Virus record (IMG/VR): IMGVR_UViG_3300026413_000011
Coordinates: 62,001 to 125,376 of that record
From: an uncultured virus (IMG/VR IMGVR_UViG_3300026413_000011)
Lineage: Duplodnaviria; Heunggongvirae; Uroviricota; Caudoviricetes
Direction: 5' to 3' (one strand)
DNA length: 63,376 nt
Position numbers and translations under genes: made by a program. The notes under the pieces are model-generated. The model searched no databases. It saw nothing but the letters and a program-made list of their open reading frames with translations, and was not told where the DNA came from. Shown in pieces: positions 36,175-46,329 of the stretch. Every line of letters begins with the position of its first letter. Position 1 is the stretch's first letter.

Positions 36175-36918
36175 CTAAGCGATCGAACGTGACATCCACC
36201 GTAGTAACCCATCAGCTGTTGGGACAGTGATTTCCGTGTAAGAAGAATTGAACTTGTAAAGACATGCTTCAAAGTCCTCTCCATACTTGTGCAGCTTCTG
36301 GAACAGCTTGTAAACTTCAGGTGGTGCATTGGTTGCTTCAGCATCGCGATAACGCTTACCACCTTTACCGTAATGAGAACCCTCTACACCAAACGTCTTC
36401 CAGATTCGCATCAGGTGAACATCCCACAGTTCACGCTTCAGTTCCACCAGATCTAAGAACGTCTTAGCCACTGCCTTAATAGACTTCTCATCTAGAGCAG
36501 GGAGTTCGTGTTCTTCGTTGGGCTTAGCGATCTGAATGTGTTCTGGGTTCAGATGAACTTTGAAGTCAACTGTCTTCAAGAACTCTTTTGCTTTGTCTGG
36601 ATCTTGTTCCCATCCGTGCTGGTAAAGGTAATGGATAACTTCATTGACTGGTTTGAAGCCTTCTTTGAGGTATTCACCTGCCTTCTTGGAATGGGGCTGA
36701 GCATCACGACGAATCGTATCGATGATTGAGTTATCGAACTTCGTTAAGTTACCAGGGAACGATACCTTCACAGGTTTACCAGTAAAGGTTTGCTGTGATA
36801 ACCACGAATCGTTAAAGAACGTTTGCTCTACCAACCGCTTTGCTTTCTGATAGTTGTGGTCACCTACGACAGTAGGATCAGTTTCCTTTGCACGGAAGAG
36901 ACCACTTAACGCTTTCCC
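36175..36918 (-). CDS. third repeat domain of the head protein, reached by -1 frameshift (or split by an indel)
   Basis: frame open from GGGAAAG at 36912-36918; NDSWLSQQT and ELPALDEKSIK match the upstream repeat. Confidence 0.7.
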   Translation of the reverse strand, partial: GKALSGLFRAKETDPTVVGDHNYQKAKRLVEQTFFNDSWLSQQTFTGKPVKVSFPGNLTKFDNSIIDTIRRDAQPHSKKAGEYLKEGFKPVNEVIHYLYQHGWEQDPDKAKEFLKTVDFKVHLNPEHIQIAKPNEEHELPALDEKSIKAVAKTFLDLVELKRELWDVHLMRIWKTFGVEGSHYGKGGKRYRDAEATNAPPEVYKLFQKLHKYGEDFEACLYKFNSSYTEITVPTADGLLRWMSRSIA

Positions 36919-38750
36919 ACATCAGCAAATGCCTCATTACCGTACTTGATACCAGTGATCGATTTCTGGATCCAATGCATCAGTGGTTTAGCTAACCCTT
37001 CTACCATGTAGAAGTAGTTATACTGATGTTGGTAGAAGCCCTCTACGAAATACCCCAGGATGTCGTCTACTTCTGAACACAACGTCGTTAAGGCTTCACG
37101 TAGATCATCATCCTCCAGGTTCTCGATCATTTCTTTACGCTTGCTAGGAACGTAAGTAGGCACATTACCGAATGATTTCCTACCGTATTGATTACGCATT
37201 TCAATCAACTGGATGATTGTCTTCGTTGCCTCTTTGATTCCTTTCTCATCAAGAGCTGGCAATTCAACTTCAGCGTCATCTTCAGTAATGTTATCGGGCT
37301 CGATGTCCTGTCGACCGAAATCAATATCATCATAGACAATGAATTCGTTTAGCTTCTGAACTTGTTCTAGGTTGGCATTCTTTAGGTTACCAGAGATAAT
37401 AAGATCCACACCAACCTTGATGTAGTTAAGCCATTTATTGGACGCTGCCGCATTGATCTTAGCCGCCTTGTCCAGTTCTTGCTGGATACGACCTACTAGT
37501 GGTTTGTAGTTACCATCCTGAGCTGCATCTGGGAAACGAACTTCAACAGTACCGGTAGTCAGCGTCTGTTCTTTAAGCCAGTTGTCATTTAACAGGGTGT
37601 CTTCGAGTTGCTTGATCACGTTGTTATCCAGACCTTTGACTTCTACGTCTTTAGGTTTCTGTTTAAACAGGCTCTTGATGGCATCCAGGAAACCTTCGTT
37701 AGCGATGGTGAAGTCTTCTACAGCTACACCCTTACCACCTTTGAAAGAACGTTCCATGTAGATAACCGCTGCAACGCATGCGCCTTCGAATTGACGGAAT
37801 GCCGCCATCATCTCTGGAACAGTATCAATGGAGATCTTACGGTAGACAGCTGCACAAAGATCCATCCACGCTTCTAGGTTGTAGGATTCTGAGTGGCCAT
37901 CATTACGTTCGATTTCATACTCTGCATCCAGGAAACCTTCCAGTTCGCCATAGATCCATTCAGAGTTCGTTTCGATTTGCTGAGAGTCTTCCTTCATCGA
38001 GTTCAGGATGATTGTCGCTACTTCCAGAACTTCTTCTGGAGTCATGGGATCACGCCCTTCAGCAGTAGCTTCGCCTGGCAGCAGATTGGTCTTTAGGCGA
38101 GTTGGCTTCTTAATGACTTCGCTGAGAGGTTTAACTTCCTTCAGCATTGCCTTAGTAGCTTCATACACCTTATCGGTAATCTTGTCAGCTCCCCACTGTT
38201 TCATAACTGGGAGCATTTGCTTCAACACTTGTTGTTGTGCTGTTTGCATGGCATTCTGGAACGAAGCATTAATCGCATAGGTTTCTTTGATCGTGGCAGC
38301 CATCTGATCCAGGTTCAGTCGATCGGTCAGATCACCTACTTTGATTTTGTGCGTGATCGGAGTTTGCTTATCCAACCACTGCTTATTAGCGAAAGTATCA
38401 CCGATGGATTTAAGGATCTTAGCTGCGCCTGCGCGAGCATTACCATCCATCTCTTCGAACTTACTACCGCGGTTGTGCATCTTGAAGAACTTACGAATGT
38501 CTTCAATGATCGATTCGTTAGATGCAGTCAGGTCTTCTAGCATCTCTGGGTCTTGGATGACACGATCTGTTTGGTGTTCGGTTTCAGATTGTACTCGACC
38601 ACCACCGGCTGGCGAACTGTCGCCATGGTGCTGTCTGTTATCGTCATCTTCGTGAGGAACTTGGGGACGATGGGTTGGGTCTTCTCGGGAATCATCTTCA
38701 TGTAGTGGTGGTTCGCTCTCAGTTGCGCCCATCCATTCATATACGTTCAT
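36906..38750 (-). CDS. repeat-containing virion (head) protein, probably processed by the prohead protease
   Basis: acidic N-terminal propeptide; repeats starting after SNE/ANE/GNE sites; located beside RNR as in phiKZ-like phages. Confidence 0.7.
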   Translation of the reverse strand: MNVYEWMGATESEPPLHEDDSREDPTHRPQVPHEDDDNRQHHGDSSPAGGGRVQSETEHQTDRVIQDPEMLEDLTASNESIIEDIRKFFKMHNRGSKFEEMDGNARAGAAKILKSIGDTFANKQWLDKQTPITHKIKVGDLTDRLNLDQMAATIKETYAINASFQNAMQTAQQQVLKQMLPVMKQWGADKITDKVYEATKAMLKEVKPLSEVIKKPTRLKTNLLPGEATAEGRDPMTPEEVLEVATIILNSMKEDSQQIETNSEWIYGELEGFLDAEYEIERNDGHSESYNLEAWMDLCAAVYRKISIDTVPEMMAAFRQFEGACVAAVIYMERSFKGGKGVAVEDFTIANEGFLDAIKSLFKQKPKDVEVKGLDNNVIKQLEDTLLNDNWLKEQTLTTGTVEVRFPDAAQDGNYKPLVGRIQQELDKAAKINAAASNKWLNYIKVGVDLIISGNLKNANLEQVQKLNEFIVYDDIDFGRQDIEPDNITEDDAEVELPALDEKGIKEATKTIIQLIEMRNQYGRKSFGNVPTYVPSKRKEMIENLEDDDLREALTTLCSEVDDILGYFVEGFYQHQYNYFYMVEGLAKPLMHWIQKSITGIKYGNEAFADVGKR

Positions 38751-38830
38751 TGCGGTGTCCTTGCTGTGTGTTTGTTGATATAGGATTAGCAGCGACATAA
38801 GGGCTTCCCCTAGGGGAAGCCAATCTGCCG

Positions 38831-40045
38831 TTATTCAGTACCGAATGCTTCTCTACGCAGTGCCTCTACATCGACACCTTCGATATCGAATTTGAAGATT
38901 TCGTTCTCATCACGACGAGTCAACAGGTTCGTCATGTAATCGCCTTTCTTCTCTTCTTGTGCAGAAGACTGAGTACCCGAAATCTGAATGTACTTCGTCA
39001 TATACGGCAGAGGGTTCTTCTCAGGCCATACGAATTCAAAGCCAGCCATTTGCTCGAAGTCTGCATCGAAGCGGAACCAGATATCATCTTTGACTCCCAG
39101 GAATTCTGCAGCCGCTTTAGCGTTGAACAGAACCCATTGGATCAGAGACTTAGCAGTAACGCCAGTCAGCTCACGACCTTCGGAGAACAGGTACAGTGCC
39201 CATTCAACTTCAGTGCGAATGATTTCCCACAGCAGTTTGATGATCAGTTCACGGCACTGTTCGTAAGCGGTACGACCACGTTCAGTAGCGAGCTCTGCGC
39301 GCAGTACGTGTTGACCGAACTGAGCGTGGATCTCGAATTCGTCAATAGCGATCTTCTGAACAGCTTTGGTGATTTGTTGGAACAGACCAGTACGACCGAT
39401 AGCGAAGGTCACAGCAAACGATGCCATGAACTGAATACGTTCCAGGAAGTACAGAGCTACCAGGAACATGAAGATATCGTTGTAGGTCTCTTGGTTGTTC
39501 TCTACTTGACCCAGACCATATTTCAACGAAGTCTGGTGAGCACGTGCCATGATTTCCGATACGGTCTTCATACGCGAATGTGCTTCTTCTACCTTCAGAA
39601 TTTCCTCACGGATTTCATCAGGGTCATCGAACGAACCACGAACGATTTCCGAATACGTCAGTGCGTGTACACATTCGTTTTCAGAGATACGGTTGTAACC
39701 AGTCCATACACGACCATCGGTAATAACATTACCAAGGATCGTTACGATCGAGCGAGAAGCGATCGAGTCAGCTTCCCATTGCCAGGCAAGCGTTTTGATC
39801 ATCATGTCGTAGATAGAACGATCACATGACTTGAAATCAGCGTTACATGTGGAGAAGTCGAACTCTAGTTCATCCCAGTCCAAGCTACGCAGACGCTTGT
39901 AGACAGCCCAAGCTTCCGGGTGGTTGTGAGTAATGGAGTCGAGCAGACCTGGATCTTCACCAAGGATGATGTTGTAGTTACCGTAATCATTCTTGTCGAT
40001 GTTGAAAATCTTCGCCGACATCTCAGCTACTTTTGGTTCAGACAT
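38831..40045 (-). CDS. nrdB: class I ribonucleotide reductase beta subunit
   Basis: WEADS, ENECVHALTYS, LERIQFMASF, IDEFEIH di-iron motifs. Confidence 0.93.
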   Translation of the reverse strand: MSEPKVAEMSAKIFNIDKNDYGNYNIILGEDPGLLDSITHNHPEAWAVYKRLRSLDWDELEFDFSTCNADFKSCDRSIYDMMIKTLAWQWEADSIASRSIVTILGNVITDGRVWTGYNRISENECVHALTYSEIVRGSFDDPDEIREEILKVEEAHSRMKTVSEIMARAHQTSLKYGLGQVENNQETYNDIFMFLVALYFLERIQFMASFAVTFAIGRTGLFQQITKAVQKIAIDEFEIHAQFGQHVLRAELATERGRTAYEQCRELIIKLLWEIIRTEVEWALYLFSEGRELTGVTAKSLIQWVLFNAKAAAEFLGVKDDIWFRFDADFEQMAGFEFVWPEKNPLPYMTKYIQISGTQSSAQEEKKGDYMTNLLTRRDENEIFKFDIEGVDVEALRREAFGTE

Positions 40046-40096
40046 TTGTTTATTTCCAATTGGGGAGAACAGGGTGACCGAAGCCACCCATTCGAG

Positions 40097-42382
40097 TTAG
40101 AGAGAGCAAGCGCCGCCAGCACAACCAGCTTCTTCTGTGGTGTTCGTGAATGCAGACTGACCACCGTCCAACGAAGCACTTGCTACGATTTCAACGTTGT
40201 GGTAGTAACGAGTCTTCATACCGATCCAGACCATCAACAGCCAGTCACTGATCATTTCGTTCGAGCTGATCGTTTCTTGACCTGGTAGGATTCGACGGAA
40301 CAGGTCAGCCGAGATACCGCCGTCAGTCCACTTCTGGAATACACCGTAACCGTAGATCTGATACTCGGTTGGGATTTCCCAAGCGATCTCATATTCGTAT
40401 TCAGGGTCATCGCTGTAAGGAGCAGCCCACTGAATGGTAACGTTGTTGTCGGTCTTGATGATAGTCAGTGCACGAACAGCGTAGAGCGAGTTGGCACCGC
40501 CCAGAGCTTTCGAAGAAGCTTCGCCTGGCATGTACGCAGCCAAAACGGAGTGAGCCAGACCACCAGCACGGACAATACGAGCACGCAGAGGTTCCCAGTC
40601 TTGTTCGTTAACAAAGCCACCTGGTACAACGGTGTCGATGTTACGGTTGTAGGTATCGATCGGCAACCAGCCTTCAGGCCACTTGGTTTTATGGATCCAT
40701 GGAGCCAGACCACGTTCTTCAACAATACGCAGCGACGCATTGATCAGGCAGTACATGTGACGTTCAGCCACACGATGCATTTCACGCAGACCTTCTTCCG
40801 AAGAATACTTCAGTTTGCGTTTAGCCATGTGGGTAGCCAGACCCATGATGCCAACACCAGCAGAACGACGAGACTTGGCAGTCAGTTCCAGATGCGGGAA
40901 AGCATACTCGGAATTGTCGATGCAGTAGTCGATCATCTTCAGTGCATAGTAAGCAACTTCCTGATACCGTTCTTGGGTATGGATGTTGTTCACGACGATA
41001 GCCGCCAACGAGCAAGTAGCGATCTCACCACGACCATGATCTTCAGTCGAGTGCAGATCTTGCATCGAGTAGTATGGTGCGGTAGGCTGACAGATTTCCA
41101 AGCACAGGTTCGAGGACAGGATTGGATCCAGGAACGGAGTGTGCTTGTTCATCTCGGTAATGTTAGCCCAGTACGCAGTACCAGTTTCAATACCTTCGTT
41201 CAGAGCAGTCAGTACGACCTTACGAGCATCGACGTAAACTTTCTTGAACTTTGGATCAGCTTCGTATTTGAAGTACAGCTTGATGAACTTCGAAGCATCA
41301 CCATCGTAGAATGCTTCGTGCAGATCTGGAGCAGTGAATACGTTCCAGGTCATCATCGGTTTGTTGTTTGCTACCAACCACGCAGTAAAGGTGTTGGTCA
41401 TCATTGCGTAGTGCAGGTCACGGTTCTTCTTGTCGTCCGTGGACTTAGGGTTACGGAGACGGGAGATGACTTCTACTTCTGGATCGTAAGCATTGTAGTA
41501 CAACGAGATTGCACCACCACGACCGTTCTGAGTGTTAGCACGGACAGCTTTACCCTGAGCAGCGATGTAAGGCAGTTTACCTTGGTGTTTGATCAGACCG
41601 TTACGAACTGGATCGTTCAGAGAACGGGTAATCAGGTTAACACCGATGCCTGCAGCCTTCTGAGTCATCACGTTAGCGATGTAGTCACCAACTGCCAGCG
41701 ATACACCGTTGTCACCCGAAGCGAACAAGCAGCACGATGCAAAGCCTTTCAGCACAGTACCCAGGTTGACGTAGTTCGGAGTAGGGGCAGACAGTTCTCG
41801 TTGAGAGAACATCTCGTACCAATTCCGTACGTGTTCCATACGTTTTGCAGCAGGCTCTTTCTCAGCCAGTGCCATTGCCATACGCATGTAGGTGAACTGT
41901 GGTGTCTCGTACTCTTTCTTGGTTACACGGTTCATCAGGGAATACTTCTGACGAATGTGGTGCAGTGCAAAGTGTGGAGAATCCAGATCCAGATCATGGT
42001 CGATCAGTTTCTCAAGTTCGGCATACTCACGAGTCGAGTAATCCAACTTAACCATTACTTTGTCTTTGCGCATGCGGGCATGCAGTGCCTTGATGGTTGG
42101 GATACCATCCATGCCATAGATCTTCTTGCGTACGCTTACTGCGTACAGGCGACCAGCTGCTACATAAGCAGACCAGGTTTCCATATCCAGCAGACGGTTG
42201 ATAAGGGCTTGTTGGAATTCCTGAGAGCTCACTTTCTCTGGCATCTCAGCTACTGTATCCATTACAACAGATGCCCAGTCGATGTTATGCAGATTTTTAG
42301 AGAACCACTCACCCCAGCCATTGGCCTTGCTAGCCATGTAGGGTTCTTCAGTGCCGTCCAACTTGATGATTGTCTTGATCAT
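40097..42382 (-). CDS. nrdA: class I ribonucleotide reductase alpha subunit
   Basis: ETPQF.YMR, PTP, ASCCL, SSNLCLEI, TCSL, GVGIMGLA, C-terminal GCAGGACSL. Confidence 0.95.
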   Translation of the reverse strand: MIKTIIKLDGTEEPYMASKANGWGEWFSKNLHNIDWASVVMDTVAEMPEKVSSQEFQQALINRLLDMETWSAYVAAGRLYAVSVRKKIYGMDGIPTIKALHARMRKDKVMVKLDYSTREYAELEKLIDHDLDLDSPHFALHHIRQKYSLMNRVTKKEYETPQFTYMRMAMALAEKEPAAKRMEHVRNWYEMFSQRELSAPTPNYVNLGTVLKGFASCCLFASGDNGVSLAVGDYIANVMTQKAAGIGVNLITRSLNDPVRNGLIKHQGKLPYIAAQGKAVRANTQNGRGGAISLYYNAYDPEVEVISRLRNPKSTDDKKNRDLHYAMMTNTFTAWLVANNKPMMTWNVFTAPDLHEAFYDGDASKFIKLYFKYEADPKFKKVYVDARKVVLTALNEGIETGTAYWANITEMNKHTPFLDPILSSNLCLEICQPTAPYYSMQDLHSTEDHGRGEIATCSLAAIVVNNIHTQERYQEVAYYALKMIDYCIDNSEYAFPHLELTAKSRRSAGVGIMGLATHMAKRKLKYSSEEGLREMHRVAERHMYCLINASLRIVEERGLAPWIHKTKWPEGWLPIDTYNRNIDTVVPGGFVNEQDWEPLRARIVRAGGLAHSVLAAYMPGEASSKALGGANSLYAVRALTIIKTDNNVTIQWAAPYSDDPEYEYEIAWEIPTEYQIYGYGVFQKWTDGGISADLFRRILPGQETISSNEMISDWLLMVWIGMKTRYYHNVEIVASASLDGGQSAFTNTTEEAGCAGGACSL

Positions 42383-42526
42383 TTGTTTACCATGAATGTC
42401 TGTTTGTGATATCAAAATATCAAATCTTTAAACATAGTTTTAGTGACTTGAGTATTTCTCAACTTACCTCTTCGGGGAAGATTTTACCTCCCCGACGCAT
42501 AGTATGTTGAAGGACTGCTAAGAGCA

Positions 42527-42610
42527 AAGGAGGAAGGCTTTTATTCTGTTTTATAACATCATTAGAGGCTTTTAGAAACAAACCCTAATAGACCCTTAGC
42601 CTTCCTCCTT
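42527..42610. repeat. 13-bp perfect inverted repeat in divergent intergenic region
   Basis: AAGGAGGAAGGCT (42527-42539) and AGCCTTCCTCCTT (42598-42610). Confidence 0.8.
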
Positions 42611-42699
42611 ATCCTTCTTATAACCCCCTTACAGGGGCTAATTGGATTAAATACTGCTTACCCTTAGAGTATGATTCAATATGCCAATAGGACAGTACA

Positions 42700-43083
42700 A
42701 TGGCTATCTACATACCCAAGCCAGAACCAATAGAAGTTTATCAATGGTTGAAGAATGGTGACATACCTGGAGATGGTGTCATCAATAACATCAATAGTGG
42801 AGCTATCGTAGGAAGACATCCTTCTTATGATAACTTCACTGGAGCACAACACTGCCCCAATTGTGGTGTAGCAATTGGTAAGCATGGTATCTTACTCAAG
42901 ATGATCGTGCCTGACCCGTCCATCGTACCAAACCGAGTGATCTGTCCAGGAGACTGGGTAAGGTTCCATCGAGATCACAAGAAAAGAATCCTCAATTACT
43001 CTATCGTATTAGCTAAAGACCTGCATGAGCGATACGTAGATCTAGCCACACTTCCAATGCCACTAACAGAGAAAAGCTTATGA
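42700..43083 (+). CDS. hypothetical protein with CxxC/H/C putative Zn site
   Basis: HCPNCG...HG...ICPGDW. Confidence 0.75.
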   Translation: MAIYIPKPEPIEVYQWLKNGDIPGDGVINNINSGAIVGRHPSYDNFTGAQHCPNCGVAIGKHGILLKMIVPDPSIVPNRVICPGDWVRFHRDHKKRILNYSIVLAKDLHERYVDLATLPMPLTEKSL

Positions 43084-43886
43084 CCAACCCAGTACATGAA
43101 ATGTTCAACGATATCGCTAATCGCATGCGTATGACTGAAGACAACGAAGAGTATATTTCCAATACTGTTCGAATCGAAGGGGCATCAGGCCAACTGCATG
43201 AGTTGTCGTATGACCAAACGAAACTACTGCTGGGTGTACTGTCGGGGGATCATCCATTCCTGACGAATCACAATCCACTCGAGTTCATGTTGTTCTCGTA
43301 TCAGTTCCAAGACAAGATCAAACTGAAGTATCTGGCTGTACAATACCAGATCATCTACGATGCTGAGGACGATTCCATTTTCGTATCGGGTATCACCAAA
43401 CACCCGATGACAGTTAAAGGACATCCGGAGTATATCGAAGGTGCTAACGTTCCAGTAGAGACATTCCAAACCACCATCGAGAACGTAGGTCTGTATGGTT
43501 CGCTGGCTTTGGTGAACTGTATCGCAGCACAACACGAGAGCTTTGCTCCTATTCGTGGTAGCTTCGGTGGTTCCTTCATCTACGAGTTCGAGAACGGTAA
43601 ACAATCCGTTAAGAAATATGAACCTCAGGAATTGGACAAACTCGGTATCGATAATGGTGAAGTCCAAGAAGCCATCAGTGATGCAATTAAGAAACTGCGT
43701 CCTGCTGGTTATGAACCATTACCTATTCCGAAAGCATTGCTCGATAGCCAACAACCTAAAGGCGATGGCAAGATCAACACACAGATGGGCGGACATCTGA
43801 ATATGGATCCTCTACCTAGTAATCCACTGGGTAGCTTTAACGACTACGTAGCATCTGGCTGCGGTAGCATGTCTGGAATCATGTAA
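43080..43886 (+). CDS. hypothetical protein
   Basis: 268-aa ORF coupled to neighbours. Confidence 0.75.
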   Translation: MTNPVHEMFNDIANRMRMTEDNEEYISNTVRIEGASGQLHELSYDQTKLLLGVLSGDHPFLTNHNPLEFMLFSYQFQDKIKLKYLAVQYQIIYDAEDDSIFVSGITKHPMTVKGHPEYIEGANVPVETFQTTIENVGLYGSLALVNCIAAQHESFAPIRGSFGGSFIYEFENGKQSVKKYEPQELDKLGIDNGEVQEAISDAIKKLRPAGYEPLPIPKALLDSQQPKGDGKINTQMGGHLNMDPLPSNPLGSFNDYVASGCGSMSGIM

Positions 43887-44368
43887 TGAAACTAATCCTG
43901 ATTGCTGCAACTGGTACAAAAGGGGAAATCGGTTACGAGAATCGACTCCCTTGGAAATGCTTCAATGACATGCGTTATTTCAAGAAGACAACTGTAGGGG
44001 AAACCCATGGGTGTGTGATGGGTCGTAAGACCTGGGAATCATTGCCACCTAACAAACTACCGGGTCGCGTATGCATTGTGTTGTCATCTATCCCAATTGA
44101 TGATGAACGTTGTGTGGTAGTGTCGAGCTTTGATGAAGCTAAAGCAGCTGCTCGTAAGATCGGACTGACTAAGCTGTTCATTATTGGTGGTAGTTCGTTG
44201 TTCCATGACTACTACGGGTCGTGTGATGAAATGCACATCACGACTATCTTGACACCAGTACACAATGCCGATACTTGGTTCCGTCCTACTATCAGTCCTG
44301 TGCGTTGGCGATTGCTGACACAGGAAGATTACGACGACTGTGTTATCAAGCGTTGGGTAAGACGATAA
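43886..44368 (+). CDS. folA: dihydrofolate reductase
   Basis: IGYENRLPW...DMRYFKKTT, VMGRKTWESLP, LPGR, IIGG, ADTWF. Confidence 0.95.
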   Translation: MKLILIAATGTKGEIGYENRLPWKCFNDMRYFKKTTVGETHGCVMGRKTWESLPPNKLPGRVCIVLSSIPIDDERCVVVSSFDEAKAAARKIGLTKLFIIGGSSLFHDYYGSCDEMHITTILTPVHNADTWFRPTISPVRWRLLTQEDYDDCVIKRWVRR

Positions 44369-44404
44369 AAGAGCCTCCCCTAGTGGGAGGCTTTATACCG
44401 TGAC

Positions 44405-44439
44405 ATTTAAACATTTTAAAAGCCTATATTACTTTCGTG
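44405..44439 (+). promoter_or_regulatory. phiKZ-type early promoter
   Basis: TATATTAC; identical to 1883-1917. Confidence 0.8.
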
Positions 44440-44458
44440 AATCAATAGGAGCAAAGAG

Positions 44459-44848
44459 ATGTCGTTAGTAGAGCTGCGTGAACAATTTGAACAAGACTTG
44501 AAGAAGCGTCATCCTAATGCGAACCTAAATCGAAGGGTTAGTGATGACGGTTATGCTTCATCCAAAACCCAGGGTATGTGGCGAGGCTATGTCCTTTACC
44601 ATAATTCGAGTTGGGGTATTGAAGCTGATGATTGTGGTCGACCTGTTGGCAAGTTCATTGTCGCGCAAGTCAGCCCAACGGGAACGATTCATCCATCACC
44701 TCGTCCATGGATGCATCAAACCAAACGACTGGCTAAAGATGAAGCTAAACGTCTGGCTGGTCAGCTCGATAAGAGCTTCGCGATTCTCCGCTGCATTGAT
44801 GTAAAACATCCGAAAAAAGATGTTGACGTTGAACCTGAAGTAAATTAA
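44459..44848 (+). CDS. hypothetical early protein
   Basis: AGGAG SD after early promoter. Confidence 0.75.
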   Translation: MSLVELREQFEQDLKKRHPNANLNRRVSDDGYASSKTQGMWRGYVLYHNSSWGIEADDCGRPVGKFIVAQVSPTGTIHPSPRPWMHQTKRLAKDEAKRLAGQLDKSFAILRCIDVKHPKKDVDVEPEVN

Positions 44849-44878
44849 GATAGCTGCACAAACCAAGGAGCTGCACCG

Positions 44879-45220
44879 ATGAAAAAGCAAATGAAGAAGC
44901 TGCACTTGTTGATGAAACTGTTCATCGCCTCTGACGAACGTTTCCTGACCGAATATTCTCCGTACGGCACCGCCTTCACTTTCGAAGTGGATGACGATGT
45001 CCTGACGATTACCAAAGACAACGTAACACTGGTGACCTTCGATCAATCGAAAGGTACCATCACCCATGACATCGAGTTCGATGATTTCGAATGCTTGATT
45101 GATTGCTTGGTCTGGGTGAACAAAGAATACCATCCGCATATGGGCGAAGAACTGGAAGCACTGGCTTCTGACTTCTACCATATCGGTCGCACGATTCGCG
45201 CTGCACAAGCTGCACGTTAA
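44879..45220 (+). CDS. hypothetical protein
   Basis: AAGGAG SD; terminator follows. Confidence 0.75.
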   Translation: MKKQMKKLHLLMKLFIASDERFLTEYSPYGTAFTFEVDDDVLTITKDNVTLVTFDQSKGTITHDIEFDDFECLIDCLVWVNKEYHPHMGEELEALASDFYHIGRTIRAAQAAR

Positions 45221-45273
45221 CTCCTTTGGGGGAGCCTTCGGGCTCCTTCCTTTTTACACGCTAGGAAGTTTTT

Positions 45274-45522
45274 ATGTATCGTATCGATGCAACCACTGGT
45301 ATCACTCGGTTGGTTGAGTACATGCCAACCGTTCAACAGCTCTGCGAACGTTATCGCGAGAAGCTGGAAAACGATGTCGAGTTTAATGACAAGCTTGACA
45401 TCGATGGAAACAAATGGCATATTTGGTACTGGGGTGACGAAGTCCTCCATATCGAAATGTTCAACGACGATAGCAAATCACTGTTCCAAATCTCTCTCCG
45501 CTGCAAAGCCTACAACATTTAA
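45274..45522 (+). CDS. hypothetical protein
   Basis: AGGA SD. Confidence 0.65.
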   Translation: MYRIDATTGITRLVEYMPTVQQLCERYREKLENDVEFNDKLDIDGNKWHIWYWGDEVLHIEMFNDDSKSLFQISLRCKAYNI

Positions 45523-45531
45523 GGATTTTCC

Positions 45532-46275
45532 ATGCTGACCAAAGAACTGATCATCGCTCAAGTCAATGCCCTGAGCGTACTGCTGAACGTTACCCCAGAC
45601 AACTTCGTCATCACTGCCGGTTCTGCTGCTGTGATGCATGGCCTGCGCGAAGTCACCGAAGACGTGGATATCGATGTGATGCCACACATGTGGGAATACC
45701 TGCTGCGTCACTACCCAACCCACCCAATCCAGAAGACGCTGTGTGGTGAAGTCATGTGCTTCACGCCGCTGGTATCGATCCATCTGGCCAAACCCGATGG
45801 CGGTCTGCCGATGGAACTGGATGGATTGGAAGTACTGGATCTCCCGAGCCTTCGTTCACAGTACCTGATGTTGTCGGAACATCCAGAGCGTTCTCCAGCT
45901 AAAGTAGAACGCGACAAAGAAACGCTCGTCGCTATTCAACTGAAGATCGACAACGAATGGAATACTCGCCCGATCAATTTCGCCAAGGAAGCTTCAGATG
46001 CCCTGAGCGGGATCGTGAAGCAGAACCTGGAAATGCGCCGCGTTAGCAAGTACTTTAAACAAAGCCCTAACGGGATGGTTCACTTCATGGACGACGATGG
46101 CCGGGTATGGATCGGTAACGCAGACTTCTGTGGTAGTGATGCGCCTATCATCAAACTCCATCGCACCGTTGGTTTGACCGCGCGCGATATGGAACTGTTG
46201 ATCAATCCGAATAGCCTGTCGCTTGCACTGCAGACTGCTGAGAAAGACATGACTCTCCAGTTCCTGGTGAAGTAA
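45532..46275 (+). CDS. nucleotidyltransferase-fold protein
   Basis: ITAGSAAVMHGLREVTEDVDID: GS...DxD pol-beta superfamily motif. Confidence 0.65.
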   Translation: MLTKELIIAQVNALSVLLNVTPDNFVITAGSAAVMHGLREVTEDVDIDVMPHMWEYLLRHYPTHPIQKTLCGEVMCFTPLVSIHLAKPDGGLPMELDGLEVLDLPSLRSQYLMLSEHPERSPAKVERDKETLVAIQLKIDNEWNTRPINFAKEASDALSGIVKQNLEMRRVSKYFKQSPNGMVHFMDDDGRVWIGNADFCGSDAPIIKLHRTVGLTARDMELLINPNSLSLALQTAEKDMTLQFLVK

Positions 46276-46329
46276 CGGCAAATTGGCTCTCCTTCGGGAG
46301 AGCCATTCGCTTTATTTTTTTTTGTTTCG

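Noticed and set aside
40550..42409. 619-aa + strand ORF
   Set aside because: Antisense to nrdA; explained by codon bias of the real gene
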